DNA of 62,627 nt, filler included, from Nemertoderma westbladi (lineage: Eukaryota; Animalia; Xenacoelomorpha): the NCBI GenBank assembly GCA_032718475.1. It is 3 parts of 3 records of this genome, joined end to end, with 100 filler letters (N's around TTAATTAATTAA, not from the genome) between each part and the next. Parts side by side here need not be neighbours in the genome. Positions count along the whole stretch, not along the records: positions 1 to 21,821 come from JAUCBJ010003429.1; positions 21,922 to 43,760 come from JAUCBJ010003664.1; 1 more part is not named here. One strand, 5' to 3'. Below the pieces are notes generated by a model that was not told the DNA's origin, did no database searches, and was given only the letters and a program-made list of their open reading frames with translations. Each line of letters begins with the position of its first letter. Position 1 is the first letter of the stretch. This document shows, one piece after another, positions 11,114-24,491 of this stretch. The position numbers and the translations under genes are program-made.

Positions 11114-11788
11114 AACCAAGGAATGCCTGTTCACGAACATGGGTGATCATTGATCTTCCACAGTAAACCCTTCTACTCTGTTTCCTAAAGGTATGCCTGT
11201 TCGCCACCATGACTGATCTTCCACAGTAAACCCTTCCACTCTGTTTACTAAAGGAATGCCTGTTCAACACCATGGGTGATCTTCCACAGTAAACCCTTCC
11301 ACTCTGTTTACTAAAGGAATGCCTGTTCAACACCATGGGTGATCTTCCACAGTAAACCCTTCCACTCTGTTTCCTAAAGGAATGCCTGTTCAACACCATG
11401 GGTGATCTTCCACTGTAAACCCTTCCACTCTGTTTCCTAAAGGAATGCCTGTTCACCACCACAGGTGATCTTCCACAGTAAACCCTTCCACTCTGTTTAC
11501 TAAAGGAATGCCTGTTCAACACCATGGGTGATCTTCCACTGTAAACCCTTCCACTCTGTTTCCTAAAGGAATGCCTGTTCACCACCACAGGTGATCTTCC
11601 ACAGTAAACCCTTCCACTCGGTTTTCTAAAGGAATACCTGTTCACCACCATGGGTGATCTTCCACAGTAAACCCTTCCACTCGTTTCCTAAAGGAATGCC
11701 TGTTCACCACCATGGGTGATGTTCCACAGTAAACCCTTCCACTCTGTTTCCTAAAGGAATGCATGTTCACAACCATGGGTGATCTTCC
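11114..11788. repeat. 63-bp minisatellite, about 10.5 copies
   Basis: Unit GATCTTCCACAGTAAACCCTTCCACTCTGTTTCCTAAAGGAATGCCTGTTCAACACCATGGGT recurs every 63 bp. Confidence 0.95.
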
Positions 11789-14700
11789 GCTCAAATATAC
11801 TTTTATTTGAGATACAAATAGTTTGCTGGGAACAATAACAAACTAAATAAATGAATAAATAAGTCAATTAGTGTTAAATTTTGCGGTTATTAATATTAAT
11901 ATATTTATTATATTTGGTGCTTATTAAATAAATATTTTATTTATACCACCTTGCGTTTACAGGTGGGTGTTTAATATTGGACTTATTATTTTAACAATAT
12001 TACATATCTACAAATATAAATTACCAATAAATTGACCCCATAACAATAATAATAACAAATAACAATAATAATAAAAAATTAATAATCACATGTTTAATAA
12101 TCACATGAGGGGCAGTATTATTATTGCCGCGGAACTGCCCCAACTCATCACCTCTCCCACTCCCGATCTCCGACGAAAATGAACATAAAATCAACATACA
12201 CCAACCCGCTACCCTACCCCACACACCGACACCGACACCACCCACCCCCTACCCACCCACACCTAAGTTTCTGGAAGATTGTAACCAATACAAAACACAG
12301 GCTAAGTTGAATGATGCAACTAAAACGGTAAGCTCGAAAGACGAATGCATGAATCACTGAGAATCTCATTTCATGTAATACATTATTGTTAACCTATACT
12401 AAATTAATTTCAATACTCACCTAACATTTAAGCGAGTGTCAATACATACTCCTTCATAAGCATGCTATTCACTACGGTAAGTGGTACTTACTATATAAAT
12501 TTGAAAAAAGCTGGCATTGTAATTCATCTCTAATAGCATGGTATAAACTAACGAAAAATCGACAATTAATATTATTGATATTATTACTTACTTACTTCCT
12601 TGTAATGTATATTTTCAGAAATAATTATTTAGATGCGTTAATTTCACATATTTTCAGGCCCTTCACATCCCATTTTACCCAACTTTTCATTTTAATTTTC
12701 ACTTTCAGGGATTTTAATTTCCATGCGGTATAGGGTTCCGCAACTTTTAGTGGCAACACTAGAGACATCTAACCCAGGGTAGGGTATTCCTTAAATACCC
12801 CCTGTAGGTGTTGGGCTGGGCTCCTATGGGTAAGATACAGCATAGCGCACTACCCAACTAACAAATTACTAATACCTACTTACTATTTACTATTTAATTC
12901 CGACTCTATCCTATAACGATAACGGACAACATCACTACCAAAAATAAAAGAATGTCACTTCACTACCCCAATAGAAAATCCACTACCTTTTCATTACACG
13001 CGTCATGATATTAATAACCCGATGATGATACCCCTTTGTTATTGATATTATACCCCTGCTATATTGAATATTCACCGAGCAACAACCTGAAAAGAACAAA
13101 CCGACAACATCTATGGGAAAACGAATAAACATGTCAAGTTGATTTATAGGTTTGACTATAAACAAACACCAATGCTCTCTGATTACAGACCTTCCAACCA
13201 CCAACCCTTGCTCTCATCCCAGCATTATTAATGAGTGGGACATATTAACATATTTCTAGGATTAGCCTCCATACCCAAACCCCCTTCCCCCACACGGCAG
13301 CATATTAGTCCGTCAGAATATCAATCCCTACAGGCAAAAAAGCCAATATCCCACTGGCTTATACTAAATGAACCAATAATGACGCAAGATAGGAAGATAC
13401 GTAGAAGTGTTGCAGATGTTACACATCTAACCTGATACACCTGCTGCTAGCATTCCCCCAAAGACAGCACTGTGGACAACCAACACTATAGGAGCAGAGA
13501 AAACATGCCTCCTATTGGCTGTTATGGTTATGTAAGAAGCCCGCCAGGACCTATGTTTACTCCTGTATCATCTCAACTCTACGCCCTTGCCCTAAAATTG
13601 CAGACCCAACCAATATAACTGGCATGCTGGCACAGGCAACTGGCACGTTACTACATAACCACTTAATTGTTAAACGAAACTTTCTGTATGTTTTTTAGGT
13701 TTTTTATTGATTTTGATTGCTATGGAGGACCCCACTACTCTATGCAAGTATGTACGTGTAATGGTACGTCATTTTTGGGACATCAATATTAGGGCGTGGC
13801 ACTTCAAATTTTTAAATATTCAAGTTTCGGAAAATATGCCCCCCAAGTTTTGATTTCAATGCCTTATTTTTATATGTTTTCTGGACCGCTGAATCGATTG
13901 AAAGTAATATTGAATCCTCAAGTTTTAGTTGTACGTCATTTTTGGTGCACCAGGGCGTGGCACGTCAAATTTTTGAAATTGCGATATTCGAAAAATACAC
14001 AAATGTTTTGATTTCACGCCAATAATATAATCACCAATTTGATACATGTGATTACCTCCTTTAACCACGTTCAAAACAATGCACACTATACAGTACCTAT
14101 ACACTACAAATAATGACGAAAAAGGTATCAAAAGTTCTTTTGAAGTCAACAGAAGTAACTTTTTTCATTTATTTACTGCTTCCTAAAATACCTGTAATTG
14201 ACTTGAGCCAGACTGATTTATTAAGGTGTAGTTAATAACTCGCAGCATTTAATAATATCGTAGTGTGACTACTGTATGTGTCTCGGTTTGCTTGCAAAAT
14301 GGCTCCAATACCGGTCGGTACCTTAATTTTACAATATAACTCAAAATATAAAAGGCGTCCTTTTGTCCATACGTTACTGTCCATACGTTACCAACGACTT
14401 CAGCCACTGCAATGGGTATATATTTTGAAAGGTTCATCATATAATATTGGTTTCTGTTTTCCAGAGATCCTCGAAGGGCTATGAGATAATAGAAAGAAAA
14501 ACCTAGATATATCAAACCTCTCACAGGAATTTGAATGTTTGTAACCTGCAAATTTAACCATTTTACTTTGCATTATAAGCTCAAGTAAACAAGAATGCCT
14601 AGGCATATAATCAAATGTTTACTTTGTGGATAGCCGACACTCCCAGGTATGGCCTAGCACAAACTTTGTTTGATTTAAGTCACATCTGTTTGAGCTAGTG

Positions 14701-15113
14701 CTGTCAAAAGTTGCAAATTTTCCATACGTTACCAAATCGAATTTTGGAACAGGCTCATCTCAAGTTATGCATTATGACATATTTGTAAACAGGTATTTTG
14801 TTTAAATATTGCTTATTCTAGAACTAATAAATGTATCATCATTAAGACCTTCCTCTCCATTCCATTATGTCAATGGGTACCCAACACCACCAAAAATATT
14901 CCAGAATAAGAAAAACTTGTTCTGAAACTATTTTCTACGAATAAGGAACTCTTTCTAGAACATAAAGATACCAATAACTAGATACATAGTGAAGTAATAA
15001 TGAAGATATAGGAATACATTTATAATGAAGTAATAAATATTCGAGAACATTATATAATTTAACATTGAGTAAGGCAGCATCAGGAGTTGAAGAGAACAAT
15101 AATTACAATAGCA

Positions 15114-17084
15114 GGGCAATTCCACCATTGTAACACTTATGTCGAAAATAAAAAGTCATCTAATCAGCATAATTTTGGTATCAAAATGACGAGAAAGAAT
15201 TAAATTTTTAATAAAAGTGACGGATTCTTAATTTTTTTGAGGGTAACAACTGGTTTGTCACTATTCAATATGAGGAAAAATTTTTACGTATTTTCAAATT
15301 TGTAGAAATTATTACATGTCATTTTTGACATAATCTTACTATCATTGAAATTGTCTGATTAAGACAGGTAATTACACCAACCGAAAATTCAACATTTATT
15401 AGAAGCTATTGATGATAAAAATTTGAATATTGACAGAATAGCATTGTGTATTCAAAATTTCAAAAATTTTAGATTTGGCCTACAGAATTATGTGAGTCCG
15501 TAACGAAAAGTACTTAAAGTTTTAATTTGGAGTACACCCCGCATGTGTATTGCACTGACAATCATTTTCCTTTGGGTTTACAACCAATCAAAACCATCCA
15601 TTAGGTCTCTATGGTGTGTATTGCAGCTGAACTGTTTAAGAACAGCGTTACGGACTCACAAATTTTTCGTTACGGACTCACCACGCGGTAGGTTAGGTAA
15701 GAATCATTCTGCTTTGTATACATTATTCACTATGTAAACTGAAAGTATTCAGCTCCTTTTAGTCTGACAATTGTCCATCGACAGTACATTCGAACGTATT
15801 CATTCATACATCTTCCTAATGTACGACATTCTTCATTGCGCCCGTTTAATCCTGCCTCTTACGTCTAATACTCACATTTCTGGGCCGAAAGGGCCAAACG
15901 GCATATATCACGGATGACAGAAGTTACTGACCAAGATGGTATAGTATGATGCACTCGAAGTTCGCCAAGATTTCATGAAACGAGTGAGCGAATGATGGAT
16001 TGTGATACAAAAAAATCGTCCGTTAGGCCAGGGATTATGTACAAAGTCTCAATAATTATTTCCAGTGCGGTCCCCTCCTATATTCCCCAGAGGAAACTCC
16101 AGTTCTCATTTAGCTACCATTTACGGAAGAAAGAGATGCGCCCTGGCTAATAAGTCTCTTTATTGTCTTTAAAGTATTCGTGCCGAAACGAAAACTACCC
16201 TAGCCCTCATGATGGGAGCGAACCCACGACCCAAGGAGAAATGTGATTTCAATGCCACCGATTTAACCAACTACGCCAAGGTGGAATACTGTGACTGTGA
16301 CTGTGTATTGTGATAGTAGTATAAAACATAAATAAATACAACGAAATACTGTTCAAAATTTATTTTCCAGTTTAAAAAATTTTCCGTGAACGTGGTATTT
16401 ATGTTGTTAAAGAATTAGAAATTGGTCATTTTAACAAATTATGGTCATATGAACTTATAGGATATTAAATATACACTACTATACACACACCAAATTTGCC
16501 TACTCAAAATATGAACACTACTAAAGATATATCTAATAGTGATTCTTAAGGTACGTTATTAAAGGTATATAAGCAATAAATATTTTATTGAATAAATACC
16601 GTAAACATTCATTGGTCGTTGCTCTTTTTTTCTAAACAATATAACGAGTGTATAATGATTTCAAGTGTGATTCCGTAACATTTTTTTCTGTGAGTCCGTA
16701 ACGAACAATTTCTCTATAAATGAGGTTTACCACCATATGTTTCGGCTATTTACTTACAAATTGACAAAATTTGATGTATCTACCTCGCATTGTGAAAGTT
16801 ATAACGTATGGCGTTAAACATTTCAAGAGAATTTGTCAAAATACAATTGGGTAATTTTTCTTTGTCCATTTGCATGTGAGTCCGTAACGGGTACTATATT
16901 TACAATATCCTATGAATCAAATGAGATAAAATTCTTTTTTATAAGTCAAAGTAAAGATGTACCATTAATCCATCAGCCACCATAGGTGAATGTTATTTAT
17001 ATTGTAAAGTTACATATTAATTAAATATGCCAATTAAATTCGAAAATTGCGTATGAATGTGAGTCCGTAACGATGGAATTGCCC
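15114..17084. mobile_element. Non-autonomous DNA transposon, Sola2-like
   Basis: Terminal inverted repeats (TIRs) GGGCAATTCCA and TGGAATTGCCC, with a 4-bp TSD AGCA on both sides. The internal motif GAGTCCGTAAC is repeated in both orientations. No transposase ORF. Confidence 0.75.
16205..16284 (-). pseudogene. tRNA-derived SINE head or tRNA(Ser)-like pseudogene
   Basis: Minus strand has A box TGGCGTAGTTGG, loop TTGAAAT, a long variable region and B box GGTTCGCTCCC; the stems are imperfect. Confidence 0.6.
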
Positions 17085-20030
17085 AGCAATACTATATCAA
17101 GTCACCTAGGCCCGAAGGGCCGTTAATGGCAATAATGACTTTGGGTTAGGGTTACATGACAGTTTTAATTAGGGTTTAGGCCACCACTACTGTAACCAGC
17201 GACTTTCTATACAATGTAAAAATCCCTGTTGTTCACTTTTTCCTGTTGTACCCGGCACCCTTTCTATAACATTTGTACCTTTTGACGTGGTTTTTGTACC
17301 CTTTGACATGGCTGTTGTTCACTTTGACCTGTTATACCCTTTTCCCATTTTTGTACTCTTTGATACGATGTGCCCATTGACTCGGAATCCCGCTGCCACC
17401 ATTTCGAAAACGCCGAATTGCATTGCAGTTTGTCGTCACCTTTTTATTGCAACTAATTCGGAAATGGCCCGTCTGCTGGTGCAGATGATGCTCCATTTAT
17501 GCGACAAGTTGGTGCTTCTCAGCTGTAAGTAGTTTTTTTTAGTTTAAAGCATTATTTTTTCGTTGCTGCCAGCCGCCTGAGATTTTAAAAAAGAGATTTT
17601 AAGGTGAAATTCACCTTTCACCAGGAACTCAGTCTTACTAATTTATCACCCTTATTAGCAACAACAAATTATTTAACAATTGCCCAACCAATTTGGTATT
17701 ATGATAAGAGGTACTGTAGATATTAGGTACATTATCGTTAATGAGAATGACAACATAGTGTATCGGGGTACCTAGGGGACAGAAGTTGCCACCCCCTGGC
17801 TGCATAGGGAAAAGAGAAGGAAGTAGAATAATGGGATAAATGGAAATAACTGTAGCTGTGCTCTAACAGTTATAAAAATACGAACGAAAATCGCGAATTC
17901 CTACGCTAAAATTATACGTGGAACAAATTTTGAATAGGTTTCTTATGTCTTAAATTGTGAAATATAAACTTACTCGATGGTTCGGCTGCCACTGGAGAGC
18001 CAAAGGCTCGACAGAGTCTTATTAGGTATAAATAATGCAGCCTATTTAATGAAACATAGGAAACTAACATAAATCCCCACATAAAACCTCATAAGACTAT
18101 GATTCTAGGCCAGTGCTGGGAAGTAGGCACTTTGCTTTGATCTTTTTTAGGTCGATTTTTAAAGGATTTTTCCAGGAGAATGGCAATAGCTAGAACGATT
18201 CTGTTTGCGCGATCTGGTAGATGGCCCTAGCGCGATAGCTAGGAGTTTTTGTGAAAAAAATCTGTTAATTAATTAATTAGTAATTAGCGATTAAAGATTT
18301 CTAATTGATTTTTCTCGAAAAGTATTTGGTTTTTCCCCTAGCAACGGTGTTTTTTTTTGTTCATCTCGGTAAGATCTAAAAAAAGTTCAGTCATCGCTAT
18401 GGCCCTCCTATTACTGTTAATTAGTACTAATTAGCCGAAAACTAATTAGCGTCGTAACTCGAAAACACTAAGAGCTATGAAAAAACGTAACATCACAAAG
18501 TTGTTCGGAATTTTATTCTACACAAAAAAGTCTCTGGCACCGATGCCGTATCTCCTACCGTTAATTAGTAATTAACTAATTACTTAATTACCTAATTGGC
18601 GGGGGGGCTTTGCCCCCCCGTCCCCCAAATCGTTATTCACAAGGTGTATCAAAGCGGTTTACTATTTTACAAATGATAATTATTCTAAAATCTTTTGAAT
18701 CGAACTAATTAACGATTTTACTAATTAGTAAAGTTTCCCAAATTAATTAATAATTTATCCAATCCGGCTGCAATTAATTAAACAGCTTAGTCGTCAGCCT
18801 GGTTCAGCAAAAGTCAGCAGTTGGTAGTATGCTCAAAAAACTGTGTTCATACTACTGACCTATGCCGGTCTGCCGGTAGCTACTACCTCAGTACCTAGCT
18901 CTGTCAGTATGTAGCTAATCATAGTCTGCAGTGCCGGTGTACTCTGGGTCTGCTATCCCCTATCGGTACTGTCAGTCCGAGCTGTATGCACTGCTTGCCT
19001 AGAACAACCACATCCGGTACAGCCAGACAGCACTACAGCGCCGCGGTACCGGGTACCTTTTGTCTGTTCTTAAGACATGTACAGATGTAAGGGGACGCTT
19101 TAGGCTTTCTGGCAGTTATTTAAAACGTTGTAGGCAGATGCCCAAGGTTGGCAATAATGTTCCCCATGTTCGGGCGCACTCTGAATGCCTAAATTACGGT
19201 TGTTTGGTGCAGTTAAAAGTCTCCCAACTTGTAGGCCTATGTAATTGCGTTATTTCAATACCTCACCCAGGGCTATCTGACGAAATGGATTTTGACCATC
19301 AAGGTGGGTAGAGGCCATTGATGGGTATCTGATGCATGCAACAGAAAATTTCATCAGACCGAAATCATGCAGTCAGGACATGATCATTACTGACCGTGTA
19401 CCGGTAGGTGTCCTGCCTATAGGCAATAATATTTTTTGATATAATATTATGTGAATATGTTTTGGCCGGTAATCTGAAGCTGCAGTCTGGGTCTCAGGTC
19501 GCGACAAGACCGTGGTCACCATATCTGGCACCTGATTGGCTCTTACTTTCAAACATCGAAAATGTGCCCAGGCCTTGATATTTTACGGTACAATTTTATG
19601 CGAAAATGTTTTGGACGGTACTCTGAAGCTCCAGTTTGGGTCCCAGGTCGCGACCATACTGTGGTCACCAGATACGGCTTTTTGTGTTTTTTTGTGTAAT
19701 TTTTTGTTTTTTTTTGTGTATTTTTGTGTTTTTTGGGTAATATTGTGTTTTTTTGGGTTATTCGTACAACAAATCACACAAAAAATCTAATTTTTATTTT
19801 TTTATATAAGTAATAATTTATTGTTTTGGTTCCTGCTGGCTACCACTGTCAACTGTAACCTGCTTGTTTACTTTCAATTTTTTTTGTGATTTGGTATCAT
19901 TCGGTGTGATTTGGTTTTGGGATTACTTTTTGTGATTTATTTGGTTTGTGGTTTTGTGTGATTTGGTGTGATTAGGTGTGATTTTGGTTTTTAGACGAGC
20001 CTGTTGGAATACTGTCGCAATAAAAAACGC

Positions 20031-20769
20031 CGGAGCGAGGTTTGACGAACTCACTACGATAGGAATGACGTTTTATGAACCAGATACGGTCGGAACGAGG
20101 TTTGACGAACTCGCTACGATCGGAACGACGTTTTATGAACCAGATACGGTCGGAACGAGGTTTGACGAACTCGCTACGATCGGAACGACGTTTTATGAAC
20201 CAGATACGGTCGGAATGAGGTTTGACGAACTCGCTACGATCGGAACGACGTTTTACGATCTCGCTACGATTGGAACAACTTTTTTCGAACCAGATACGGT
20301 CGGAACGACGTTTTATGAACCAGATACGGTCGGAACGAGGTTTGACGAACTCGCTACGATCGGAACAACGTTTTGCCATCTCGCTACGATCGGAACGACG
20401 TTTTTCGAACCAGATACGGTCGGAACGACGTTTTATGAACCAGATACGGTCGGAACGAGGTTTGACGAACTCGCTACGATCGGAACGACGTTTTACGATC
20501 TCGCTATGATCGGAACGACGTTTTGCGTTCTCGCTACGATCGGAACGACGTTTTTCGAACCAGATACGGTCGGCATGACGTTTTACGAACCAGATACGGT
20601 CGGAACTAGGTTTGACGAACTCGCTACGATCGGAACGACGTTTTACGATCTCGCTACGATCGGAACGACGTTTTTCGAATCAGATACAGTCGGAACGACG
20701 TTTTACGACCCAGATGCGGTCGGAAAGAAGTTGGAGGAACTCGCCAGAGTTGGAACGAGTTTGGCATAA
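20031..20769. repeat. 30-bp (2x15) tandem array of about 24 units with higher-order structure, inside the 263-aa ORF 19978-20769
   Basis: Units CGGAACGAGGTTTGACGAACTCGCTACGAT and CGGAACGACGTTTTATGAACCAGATACGGT plus variants; no indels. Confidence 0.95.
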
Positions 20770-21226
20770 CGAAACAAAAGAAATTTCAATTCCGTTTAAT
20801 GTATGTGGTAATTTAAATTTACTATCAATTTAATTAATTATCAGTTATTAGTTTAAATTTACTATCAGTGTTATTGCCTTAGTGACTTACAACAGTCTTT
20901 CAAATGGATTAGAATTACCGGCACCCCCGACCCCCCCCCCCCCCCCCCCCCCCGCACGTAGGCGCTCTCTTTGAATCTCTTTTTTTTGTTCTTTATTATT
21001 GAATTTAAATAAAGAGAATCTAAAATTTCAAATTATTTCAAGATGCAGTACCGATACTTGTTTTAGGGCATTTTAAAACCTGTGATTTACTATTGATATT
21101 GGGATTATCAACCGCGGTATATGTGTATTGGTTTTTTTTAATTTGCATTGATAATGCAATATATCACCATATCACTAAAAATCAGACTTCGACATAAATA
21201 ACAGACTTAGGGAATATGCTTATTTG

Positions 21227-21447
21227 AACCGCAATGGTCGAATTAGTAGTTGTAGACTCCATCAAAACAATAGTAGTATAAAAAAATTGATATTTTTTGT
21301 GATATTGTGATATATTGATATTGAATTGCTGAAGTTATGTGCTCATTTATGTGAATCGCGCTCACATTTTGACCGATATCTCGAGAAGCAATAACTCGAC
21401 CATTGTTTTGATGGTGTCTACCCCCACTAAATCGACCATTGCGGTTT
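21227..21447. repeat. Small MITE-like inverted repeat with ~48-bp arms
   Basis: AACCGCAATGGTCGAATTAGT...CCATCAAAACAAT versus ATTGTTTTGATGG...ACTAAATCGACCATTGCGGTT. Confidence 0.7.
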
Positions 21448-21821
21448 GACTGATACTAATATCAATGCAATAGCAGTACGGTAAGTTGACTTCACTACAA
21501 TTGAATATATTAGCCAGTTTGCTAATATAATATTAATATTATTTAATGTTTAATTTATTTAATTACTCTAAAAGACACCGACAAAATATTATAAAATTAA
21601 CCGATTCAAAATCAGGTTGATTGAAATTCTCGATAAATGCTATAATTTGGTCTGGGCATTTTTTATAATATATATATAGCATTATTATAAATAGTATTAC
21701 TAATTTATTTAGTAATTTTAAGTAAAAGACAGCAGCAAAAGATTTTAAAAATATCAGGGTCGGAACCAGGGTGTTGAAGTATACCAATAAAGGAAATCTG
21801 TTAGTTTGGGCATTTTTATTT

Positions 21822-21921
21822 NNNNNNNNNNNNNNNNNNNNNNNNNNNNNNNNNNNNNNNNNNNNTTAATTAATTAANNNNNNNNNNNNNNNNNNNNNNN
21901 NNNNNNNNNNNNNNNNNNNNN
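21822..21921. other. Assembly gap spacer (44 N + TTAATTAATTAA + 44 N)
   Basis: An identical 100-bp structure occurs at 43761-43860; the linker has stops in all six frames. Confidence 0.95.
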
Positions 21922-22352
21922 TGGCAGATTAGTGTGCAGTATTGTGCAGCATTGTGTATGAGTGAGTCTGTTAAAGAAGCAATTCCTAAAGAATGCGCCA
22001 TATATGTGAATTATAATTAAGCCATATCGTTGTGAGTAGTTTAAGTCATAACTCTGTTTATATAGATAAAGCGCCACGTCCTAAAGGAACTGTTAATATT
22101 CCCGAAGGTGAATAATATTGTCAGAGATTATATAATACTGTCAGTCGAATAATACATTAGGCTTACATAGCAATAAAATTAAACCGTCGAACCCAATCTC
22201 CCGGGAATATCCAGCGGGTGAATGGTCGCGCACGGATTGGTTTCGACTAGTGTAGTGAATCAAATACTTGTCATAGACTAAAAACTGATTTAATATCTAG
22301 AAGACATCTTAATTTGGTGGGTTAAACTGCCAAAGGTCTGAAAGCGCGAACA
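21922..22352 (-). repeat. ~430-bp repeat, inverted copy of 34688-35118
   Basis: Near-identical spurious ORFs MALYLYKQSYDLNYSQRYG at 21874-22077(-) and 34963-35145(+). The match extends to CGCGCTTTCAGACCTTTGGCAG. Confidence 0.9.
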
Positions 22353-22654
22353 GGGACGTTCAGATTATTATACTCCTCGCTTTAACGAAGCCCCATTCAA
22401 CTCCTTTTATAAGACTGTGTACTCTATCAATGCCTCAGTGGGCGGACTCCAGTACTGCAAGGCTCAGGGCAGGGTAAGTTAACAATCTGTCAATAATAAA
22501 AATGAAAGAGAGCCGACATTTAGTCAGATCCACCAAATGGATGGCCAGAGACAGACTGTCTGGACTTAGCTGATTCGAGTTAAATCGCTTCTTGGTCATT
22601 TTGGCCGCAAAAACGACCAAGTTAATGTTTATTGGGATTGGGACTGTACATACG

Positions 22655-23590
22655 CCATACGCGTATGATGGTATGTAATGGATTCCTATGGAGATTAATC
22701 CCTAAGTGATCTTAGAGATTAGGCATTGCGGACCAGTAAGAAGTGCACAGCACGCATGCAGACTGAAGACAGGTAGGCCTACTAAGCTAATAAGATAGCT
22801 AAAGTGTAGACGTGATTTAAAGTGTGTGGCTGCCGTTATACCTTATGTCAAATAAACAATGCAGGACAGGTCCAGGATGAGTGACAGCCGGTCAGCCGGT
22901 GTCCGCCAGCCCCGGCTGCCCGGGATGCGCCAGCAGTGCAGTACCTACTGTATTAACCAGACTCTTCTTGACGCCGCTTGGAAAACTAACCAAAGGTGAT
23001 TTATTTTTGAACTGTTTTTCCACCAACCTGAGGAATGCTAAGGGAATAAACATTCTCACAGATATTGAAAACCGCATGTGTCAGTCTGTCCATCTTTGTG
23101 AATTTATTAACATATAATATACCTTTACTTTCGCTGTTTCGGGGTCATTATATATAGTTAAACCATATGCAGCCAAGTGCCTACAAGTCCAACCTAGTGC
23201 CAGTTAGTCAAACCACCTGTCTGCGAGTGCAACCGTCTGACAGTCTGACTGTGTTCCAGTAATTAATCTATGTCCAACCGGGCGGCCAGTGTCATTCATG
23301 TCATTGTACACTGTGTGATCAGTGCTGCAGTGTACAATAAAACAAGCGCTGTGGCGCATCCTGGGGCTGAAGGACATCATCTGTCACTCAACATGGACCT
23401 ACAATGTTTATTTGCGATTAGGTAGCGGCAGCCGCACTCTTTAAATCATATCGCTTTTAAGTAGGCCTACCTATCTTCAGTCTGCATATGTCTGTGCACT
23501 TCTTACTGGTCGGTACAGCCGTAATGCCTAATCTTTAAAATCACATACGGATTATTCTCCATAAGAATCCATTACATACGCGTATGTGCA
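22655..23590. mobile_element. MITE-like element with ~130-bp imperfect TIRs
   Basis: 22670-22793 (GTATGTAATGGATTC...GACCAGTAAGAAGTGCACAG...GTAGGCCTAC) is the reverse complement of 23461-23580. Confidence 0.7.
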
Positions 23591-24491
23591 TACTGGCGGA
23601 TACGGCAAATGCATACGGATACGGATACGGCAAAAAGTTATACCCAGAAAAAGTGTGGGTACCGGAAACTGCATTGAGCCCTATCTACTGCTTTAGGCAA
23701 CTTTGTGTACTGGTACCTACGTATATCTGTATATAGGTATGTCAAAAGTCAAACAGGCTTGTCATTCTCATTCAGGCAAATTGCTTAATTTTAATAAAAC
23801 CCATTACCCGGCGACTTTTTTGCTGGGTCTGAGTCACCCAAACCCGGCCCGGGTTTGAACCCGGCCGGATTAGATAGCTTAGCCAGTCTGTATGCAGTAC
23901 CGATAACTGCTGTAGGCTTCACTTTGAACAGAAGCAAATCATTTTAAAAAAAACACCGGCACCTGCAATGTTTTTGCCGGTGCAGGTGCCGGTGGTGCCA
24001 AGCACCAGCAACACCGGTGCCGGTGCACCGATCGAACCCTAGGGGAGACGTTTATTCGAGGAGGGCGTTTAAGTTGCTAATTGGATAGGCGTTTATTTGA
24101 GGGGTGCGCTTATTAGAGACAGGGTGGTTATTCGAGAAAATAAGGTAATTTAATTTGTGTGGGCTAATTCAAATTTTATAAAAATTATGTACCTTTTTAA
24201 CCTTTTTTTAATTGCATCAAATATCTTTCCACCTTTTTTTATTGCTAAAAATCCCCATGCGAGGGCTGACTATAGTACCCCGTACTGGTACCTGATTAAT
24301 TCAGAAGTTCTGTCAGTCTTGTACCAATCTTAATCTTATTATTTATAGAAATAGAGTATTGAATATAAATTAAGATATAAATTTCTATATATAAATACAA
24401 ATATACCTTGCTAATATAGATCGCTTGACATACCTTAAACTACTGCCACCTGTATTTAATTTATTGATTAATATTTATTTAAGATTTGATA

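Noticed and set aside
12803-13655. Possible solo LTR (TGTAG...CTACA)
   Set aside because: The flanks CCCCC and TAACC give no target-site duplication, and there is no second copy.
21866-21877. TTAATTAATTAA island within Ns (also 43805-43816)
   Set aside because: Identical and centred in two 100-bp gaps, so it is an artificial six-frame-stop scaffold linker.
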